Positions 58,949 through 64,000 of a stretch of DNA of 64,000 bases are shown in pieces. The stretch lies in sequence record SRR31156797_2197; one strand, written 5' to 3'. Numbering within the stretch: position 1 is the stretch's first letter; each line of letters starts with the position of its first letter. The notes under the pieces were generated by a model, which was given only the letters and a program-made list of their open reading frames with translations, was not told the origin of the DNA and searched no databases. Made by a program: the position numbers and the translations under genes.

Positions 58949-59740
58949 CTATCCTCCGATCTTTACATCAATACCTTTATCAATGAAAAATTGTTTAATA
59001 AATTCCATTCTCTCTGCGGAAGGTTTCTCTATACCTTCCATATGAAATTCCATCCCTAGCCTTCTGTATTTATCCTTGCCAATCTTGTGGTAAGGGAGAA
59101 GGTCTAGCGGTAGTCCACCAAGTTCTTTCATAAGTTCAGCCAGAGCTGTTAAATTAGCCTCAGTGTCCGTTATAGTCGGTATCACAGGGAAACGTACTCT
59201 GATCTTTGCACCTTTGTTATATAAGTGTCTGAGGTTCTCCAATATAGGTTCGTTGGAAACACCGCAGAATTTAATATGTTTGTTATTGTCCAAAAGCTTG
59301 ATGTCATACAGGAAAGTGTCCACAAGAGGGGCAACCCTTTCGAGCGTAGCTCTATTGACATAGCCAGTGGTGTCTACACAAGTATTTATATCACTTTTTC
59401 TACATTCTTCAAGGAGCGAAATCAAAAAATTCTCCTGTAAGAAAACTTCTCCGCCGGAGAACGTGGCTCCGCCTTCCGATTCTTCATAGAAGAGGATATC
59501 CTTTTTAATCTCGTTCATCACTTCGGCGACGGTCATTTCCTTACCCACTATTTCTTCTGAGCAGTGGGTTTTGCCGTCTAGCTTAAGTTCCTTCTGTATC
59601 TTCTGAGGCTTTAAAGCTCTGCTTTCAGGATTATGACACCAAACACAGGCGAGTGGGCAGCCTTTCATAAAAACCGTAGTTCTTATTCCGGGGCCGTCGT
59701 GCACAGCGTAGTGCTTGATGTCAAAAATTAACCCTTTTAT
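58949..59740 (-). CDS. Glycyl radical activating enzyme (radical SAM, short form)
   Basis: KGLIFDIKHYAVHDGPGIRTTVFMKGCPLACVWCHNPES, TFSGGE, DTTG, LLPYH; start extended to ATA 59740. Confidence 0.92.
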   Translation of the reverse strand: MKGLIFDIKHYAVHDGPGIRTTVFMKGCPLACVWCHNPESRALKPQKIQKELKLDGKTHCSEEIVGKEMTVAEVMNEIKKDILFYEESEGGATFSGGEVFLQENFLISLLEECRKSDINTCVDTTGYVNRATLERVAPLVDTFLYDIKLLDNNKHIKFCGVSNEPILENLRHLYNKGAKIRVRFPVIPTITDTEANLTALAELMKELGGLPLDLLPYHKIGKDKYRRLGMEFHMEGIEKPSAERMEFIKQFFIDKGIDVKIGG

Positions 59741-59751
59741 ATTGTCACCAA

Positions 59752-60468
59752 TTAATGTTTCTTGCCGAGGTAAGCTTCCTGAACCTTCGGGTCGTTAAGA
59801 AGGTCGTTAGCCTTACCTTTAATTGTTACCTGACCAACGTCAAGAACGTAGCCTCTGTCAGCTAGTTTAAGAGCTGCCTTAGCGTTTTGCTCTACGAGTA
59901 GAACTGTTACACCGTGGCCTGCGATCTTTTTTACCGCCTGAAATATCATCTTTACGAGGATAGGGGCGATACCTAGTGATGGCTCATCCAAAAGGAGGAG
60001 CTGAGGTTTAGCCATGAGTGCTCTTGAGATAGCGAGCATCTGCTGTTCGCCACCGGAGAGAGTTCCTGCAAGCTGTTTCTTACGCTCAAGGAGCCTTGGG
60101 AAAAGCTCATAAATCCATTCAAGTGTTTCCTGATCAGGATGTTTCAGAGAGTAAGCACCGAGTCTTATGTTCTCCTCAACTGTGAGTGTTCCAAAGACCT
60201 GACGTCCTTCAGGAGACTGAGCAATACCTAGCCCAACTATCTTATGCGCCGGAACTTTTGTGATATCAGTTCCGTTATAAATGATTTGTCCGCCTTTAGA
60301 CTTAAGAAGTCCGCTGATGGTGCGCAGTGTAGTTGTTTTACCAGCGCCGTTTGCGCCTAGGATAGATACTATCTCGCCTTTGCCGACTTCAAAATTTATA
60401 CCTTTTATCGCCTGAATACTACCGTATGAGACGACAAGATCTTTCACTTCAAGTAATGTTTCAGCCAT
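59752..60468 (-). CDS. livF: HAAT-family ABC transporter ATPase LivF
   Basis: GANGAGKT, PEGR.VF, LSGGEQQMLAI.RALM, LDEPSLG, VEQNA. Confidence 0.93.
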   Translation of the reverse strand: MAETLLEVKDLVVSYGSIQAIKGINFEVGKGEIVSILGANGAGKTTTLRTISGLLKSKGGQIIYNGTDITKVPAHKIVGLGIAQSPEGRQVFGTLTVEENIRLGAYSLKHPDQETLEWIYELFPRLLERKKQLAGTLSGGEQQMLAISRALMAKPQLLLLDEPSLGIAPILVKMIFQAVKKIAGHGVTVLLVEQNAKAALKLADRGYVLDVGQVTIKGKANDLLNDPKVQEAYLGKKH

Positions 60469-60472
60469 TTAC

Positions 60473-61249
60473 TTAATCCTCCTCATCATCATCACTACCG
60501 AGGTAAGCCTCGATAACCACAGGGTCGTTCTGTATGTGGTCTGGTGTACCGTCACTGATCCACTTACCGAAGTTGATAACAGTGATGTAGTCAACAAGCT
60601 GCATCACCATGTCCATATCGTGCTCAATAAGGAGAACGGTGATACCCATGTCTCGTATTTTAAAGATAAGCTCAACAAGCTCCAGAGTCTCTTTGTCGTT
60701 AAGACCGGCCGCTGGCTCGTCAAGGATTAAAAGCTCCGGCTCAGTGGCGAGAGCACGTGCGATCTCCACACGCCTCTGGATACCGTATGCCAGCGAGTCA
60801 GTTGGGATAGTAGCGAATTCCATAAGGTCGAGGAATTCCATTATCTCACGGACTTTCAGCCAGTTTTCCTTCTCATCTTTCTTATAAAATGCAGTGGCGA
60901 GGAGCCCCTGCCACCAAGTCTGTTTCGATTTCATGTGTCTGCCGGAGATGATGTTCTCCGCAACAGACATCTTGCCGAAGAGGCGTATATTCTGGAATGT
61001 TCTCACGATCCCTTTATCTGCGATAGCGCAAGGGTGGAGCCCGGCGATATTTTCGCCTTTCCAGAGGATTTCACCTTCCTCCGGTTTATAAATACCTGTG
61101 ATGCAGTTAAAAGCTGTTGTTTTACCTGCGCCGTTAGGTCCGATGATTCCGTATATTTGACCTTTCTCCACTTCGAAATGAAGAGCATCAACAGCTACAA
61201 CACCACCGAATCTTTTTGTTACGTTTTTAAGCTGAAGTACACTCATCAC
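60473..61249 (-). CDS. livG: HAAT-family ABC transporter ATPase LivG
   Basis: GPNGAGKT, RTFQNIRLF, LAYG.QRRVEIARALA, LDEPAAG, IEHDM, VIEAYLG. Confidence 0.93.
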   Translation of the reverse strand: MMSVLQLKNVTKRFGGVVAVDALHFEVEKGQIYGIIGPNGAGKTTAFNCITGIYKPEEGEILWKGENIAGLHPCAIADKGIVRTFQNIRLFGKMSVAENIISGRHMKSKQTWWQGLLATAFYKKDEKENWLKVREIMEFLDLMEFATIPTDSLAYGIQRRVEIARALATEPELLILDEPAAGLNDKETLELVELIFKIRDMGITVLLIEHDMDMVMQLVDYITVINFGKWISDGTPDHIQNDPVVIEAYLGSDDDEED

Positions 61250-62187
61250 TTATCCTCCGTAACATATTTCGGAAGTTTACCGTATTTCGCAGGGAAGATA
61301 CCTTGCGGACGGAGAACCATCGATACGATCATAGCTATTCCAAATATAAAATATCTGTAAGTTTCAAACCCTTTGAAAATCTCAGGGAGTACAAACATTA
61401 TAAATGTTCCAGCTAGGATTCCCGGGATGGAAGCCTTTCCACCTACGAGGACAATAGCGAAGAACATAACTGATGTCATGAAGTTAAACGCACTAGGTGA
61501 TACCGCTGTGTACTGTATAGTGAAGAGGAAACCTGCAACACCAGCTATAGCTGCACCGAGTGCAAATGAGAGTATTCTGTAGAAACGTGTGTTAATACCT
61601 ATGCTCTCAGATGCGATAGGGTCTTCCTGAACGTAATGAAGGGCACGTCCAGCCTTGCTTCTCTCAAGGTTTCTGATGATCAGAAGAGTAATGAGGAGCA
61701 GGGCAAATGCCATGTAGTAAACGTATATAGGGTCATCAAGGAAGATGCCGAAAAGCACTGCATCAACTCCGAAAATACCGTCGTCTCCACCTGTGAGACC
61801 GAGGAAGTTGTTTCTAAGCATCTGTATAAATACTATGTTGAAACCGACCGTAGCCACAAGCAGGTAGTCACCTCGTAGGTGAACAATCGGGGCTGAGATA
61901 AGTATCGCAACGATTGCAGGGATAATTATTGCAAAGGGTATAGCTAAAAGTATGTTCAGCTCGAAATGTACGTTCATTATCGCAGTGATATATGCACCAA
62001 GTCCGAAGAACATAGCGTGCCCCATGTCGAACATGCCGGCACGTCCGAGAACGATATCAACCGAAAGCGCCACAACTGAGAAAATGCAGAATGTTGTTGC
62101 GATTGTTCTCCATAAGTCATTGCTGAGAAACGGCAGTATAGCCATTCCTGCAAAGAAAACTATATATGCTATTGTTGATCTTTTCAT
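61246..62187 (-). CDS. livM: HAAT-family ABC transporter permease LivM
   Basis: G.FDMGH..FFGLGAY, LRGDYL, LTGG..G, S..GRA, VLVGG. Confidence 0.9.
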   Translation of the reverse strand: MKRSTIAYIVFFAGMAILPFLSNDLWRTIATTFCIFSVVALSVDIVLGRAGMFDMGHAMFFGLGAYITAIMNVHFELNILLAIPFAIIIPAIVAILISAPIVHLRGDYLLVATVGFNIVFIQMLRNNFLGLTGGDDGIFGVDAVLFGIFLDDPIYVYYMAFALLLITLLIIRNLERSKAGRALHYVQEDPIASESIGINTRFYRILSFALGAAIAGVAGFLFTIQYTAVSPSAFNFMTSVMFFAIVLVGGKASIPGILAGTFIMFVLPEIFKGFETYRYFIFGIAMIVSMVLRPQGIFPAKYGKLPKYVTEDK

Positions 62188-63089
62188 TACACCTTCTCCG
62201 CTACACGCTCACCCAGAATACCCGTAGGACGGACAATAAGGATGAAGATAAGTAATATGTAAGTGAAGGCTTCCGCCCATACGGATGATACATAGCCTGC
62301 GATGAGGGCTGTAAATAGACCGAGGAGGTAACCGCCGACCATAGAGCCAGGGATATTACCGATACCGCCGAGGATAGCAGCGATAAATGCGCTAAGACCG
62401 TAGTTCCAGCCGAGGGTGAATTCGATTCCTCTGTAGTAGATTCCGATGAAGAGACCACCGACAGAACCGAGTATCGCACCAACAATAAAGATCATCATAA
62501 TGACCATATTTACGTTGATACCCATAAGCTTAGCTGCGTCCTGATTGATGGAGCTTGCTCTGATCGCCGTACCATATTTTGTATAGTTGATGAACAGGGT
62601 AAGAACTATCATAAGAACGATAGTGAGTATAAGCATAAATGCCTGAATGAATGTTATTGTTACACCGTAGATAACCCATGATGTCTCAGGGAAAATCTTG
62701 GTAGGGAATGTCATGATATTTGGACCCCAGTACAGCATGATACCGTTTTGTATCATCATAGATGCACCTAGGGCTGATACCACAGCAGAAAGCCTTGGGG
62801 CGTTACGAAGTGGGCGGTATGCCAAACGCTCAAGGATGACGCCTGCTGTAGCAATTATTATTGCTGTAAGTCCGAATACGAGAATGATTATAAAAGCCTG
62901 CGGCATTCCTGAACCGACAAACTGGCCGTAGAGAACAAGACCAACATAAGCAGAGAGGGCGACCATGTCACCGTGAGCAAAGTTGATAAGTTTCATAACG
63001 CCGTAAACCATAGTGTAACCGAGGGCTACGAGGGCAAAGATACTGCCTATGGTCAGGCCGTTAACAATTTGTTGGAGAAAAATATCCAT
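62187..63089 (-). CDS. livH: HAAT-family ABC transporter permease LivH
   Basis: QQIVNGLTIGSIFALVALGYTMVYGVMKLINFAHG, AFIAAILGGIGNIPG, RPTGILG. Confidence 0.94.
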   Translation of the reverse strand: MDIFLQQIVNGLTIGSIFALVALGYTMVYGVMKLINFAHGDMVALSAYVGLVLYGQFVGSGMPQAFIIILVFGLTAIIIATAGVILERLAYRPLRNAPRLSAVVSALGASMMIQNGIMLYWGPNIMTFPTKIFPETSWVIYGVTITFIQAFMLILTIVLMIVLTLFINYTKYGTAIRASSINQDAAKLMGINVNMVIMMIFIVGAILGSVGGLFIGIYYRGIEFTLGWNYGLSAFIAAILGGIGNIPGSMVGGYLLGLFTALIAGYVSSVWAEAFTYILLIFILIVRPTGILGERVAEKV

Positions 63090-63117
63090 TATTAACTTCC
63101 TTATTCAAATTAAAATT

Positions 63118-63147
63118 ACAGAGCCGCACGTAATTGTACGGCCCTGT
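63118..63147 (-). terminator. Hairpin between binding-protein gene and livH
   Basis: ACAGGGCCGTAC..GTGCGGCTCTGT stem followed by AT-rich tail. Confidence 0.5.
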
Positions 63148-63161
63148 GTGAATATGTTTTG

Positions 63162-64000
63162 TTACTTGATTACTGGGTAATCTACGCCGTAAGAGCCGTC
63201 AGCCTGTACGTCGTATACATAGAAGATAGAGCCGAGACGCTCGCCTCTGTCGTCCCACTTGAGAAGACCAGAGAAACCGTTAAGCTCGTTAGCACGGAGC
63301 CACTCAGCCATCTTTTTAGTGTCTGTTGAACCTGTTTTCTCGATAGCTGTAAGGAATGCGAACATACCATCAGCGTTGAGGAGTGCCCATGTAGAAGGCA
63401 TCTTCTTACCATACTTAGCTTCGTAATCAGCGAGGAATTTCTTCGCACTGTCGTAAGCGAGCATGTCAGGTGTTGGAACGTTGACGATCTTAGAACCAGC
63501 AGCAGCTGAACCTGCAAGGTTTACGAACTCTGCGTTATCATTAGCGTCACCACCGATGAAGTCAGCGTTGATACCGAGCTGCTTCTGCTGTGCTCTGAGG
63601 AGACCACCGTCAGAGTAGTATCCAGCGAAGTAGATAGCGTCAGGGTTCATAGACTTGATCTTAGTAAGAACAGGTGTGAAGTTCTGGCTTTTTGACTTGA
63701 TTTTGCTGTAGTTGATAACGTTACCGTTAACCTTCTCAAGCTCTTTGATTACAGAGCCGGCAAGACCTGTAGCGTATGAGGAGAAGTCTGAAACAACAGC
63801 GATTTTTTTGTATTTCTTGAAGTTAACCATGTAGTCAGCTGTGAAAACTGCAGCAGCTGAGTTAGGGTTAGAGTTCCTGAAGAATGTCCAGTAACCTTTC
63901 TTTACGAGGTCATCAGATGTACCGTCAGTAGTCTGAAGTACACCAGCTCTGTAGTAAGTTTTCTGTGCAGCGAGAGCAGCACCAGAAGTGTAAGAACCGA
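63162..64000 (-). CDS. livK: HAAT-family ABC substrate-binding protein (5' end outside window)
   Basis: Frame stays open to the window edge (GSYTSGAALAAQ..FFRN..); NFTPVLTKIKS.NPDAIYFAGY. Confidence 0.88.
   Translation of the reverse strand, partial: GSYTSGAALAAQKTYYRAGVLQTTDGTSDDLVKKGYWTFFRNSNPNSAAAVFTADYMVNFKKYKKIAVVSDFSSYATGLAGSVIKELEKVNGNVINYSKIKSKSQNFTPVLTKIKSMNPDAIYFAGYYSDGGLLRAQQKQLGINADFIGGDANDNAEFVNLAGSAAAGSKIVNVPTPDMLAYDSAKKFLADYEAKYGKKMPSTWALLNADGMFAFLTAIEKTGSTDTKKMAEWLRANELNGFSGLLKWDDRGERLGSIFYVYDVQADGSYGVDYPVIK

Noticed and set aside
1-64000. CRISPR arrays, tRNA/rRNA genes, IS elements, known riboswitches
   Set aside because: No regularly spaced direct repeats, cloverleaf or rRNA signatures, transposase ORFs or recognisable aptamers seen by eye; an Infernal/Rfam scan is needed to exclude weak hits.

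Overview
Gene-dense chromosomal window with no rRNA, tRNA, CRISPR array, transposase or prophage that I can support. Gene content suggests an anaerobic or microaerobic diderm bacterium, possibly Deferribacterota-like (inference). In order: hflCK; an EF-G paralogue; ihfA-merR; araC-VOC; a FecR-domain gene divergent from three LPP20-like lipoproteins, an MltC-like lytic transglycosylase and a STAS protein; an orphan hydrogenase-type cytochrome b; EAL/HDOD; an ACT-malic enzyme, TAXI-TRAP transporter and aminotransferase; an NMT1-PAS-GGDEF-EAL sensor; a complete but atypical cbb3 oxidase locus (frameshifted Rrf2 regulator, ccoN, di-haem ccoO, ccoP N-terminus only, ~100-nt RNA hairpin, ccoQGH, a 28-aa unannotated ORF, ccoSI); maeB; a housekeeping block (xerD, tRNA nucleotidyltransferase, phoH, ybeY, CNNM, era, mgtE, recO, fbp, nfo, proC); and a livKHMGF-activase-hypD operon for anaerobic hydroxyproline use that converges on proC. 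Three genes appear to need AUU/AUA start codons. All family calls come from motif recognition by eye, not database searches.
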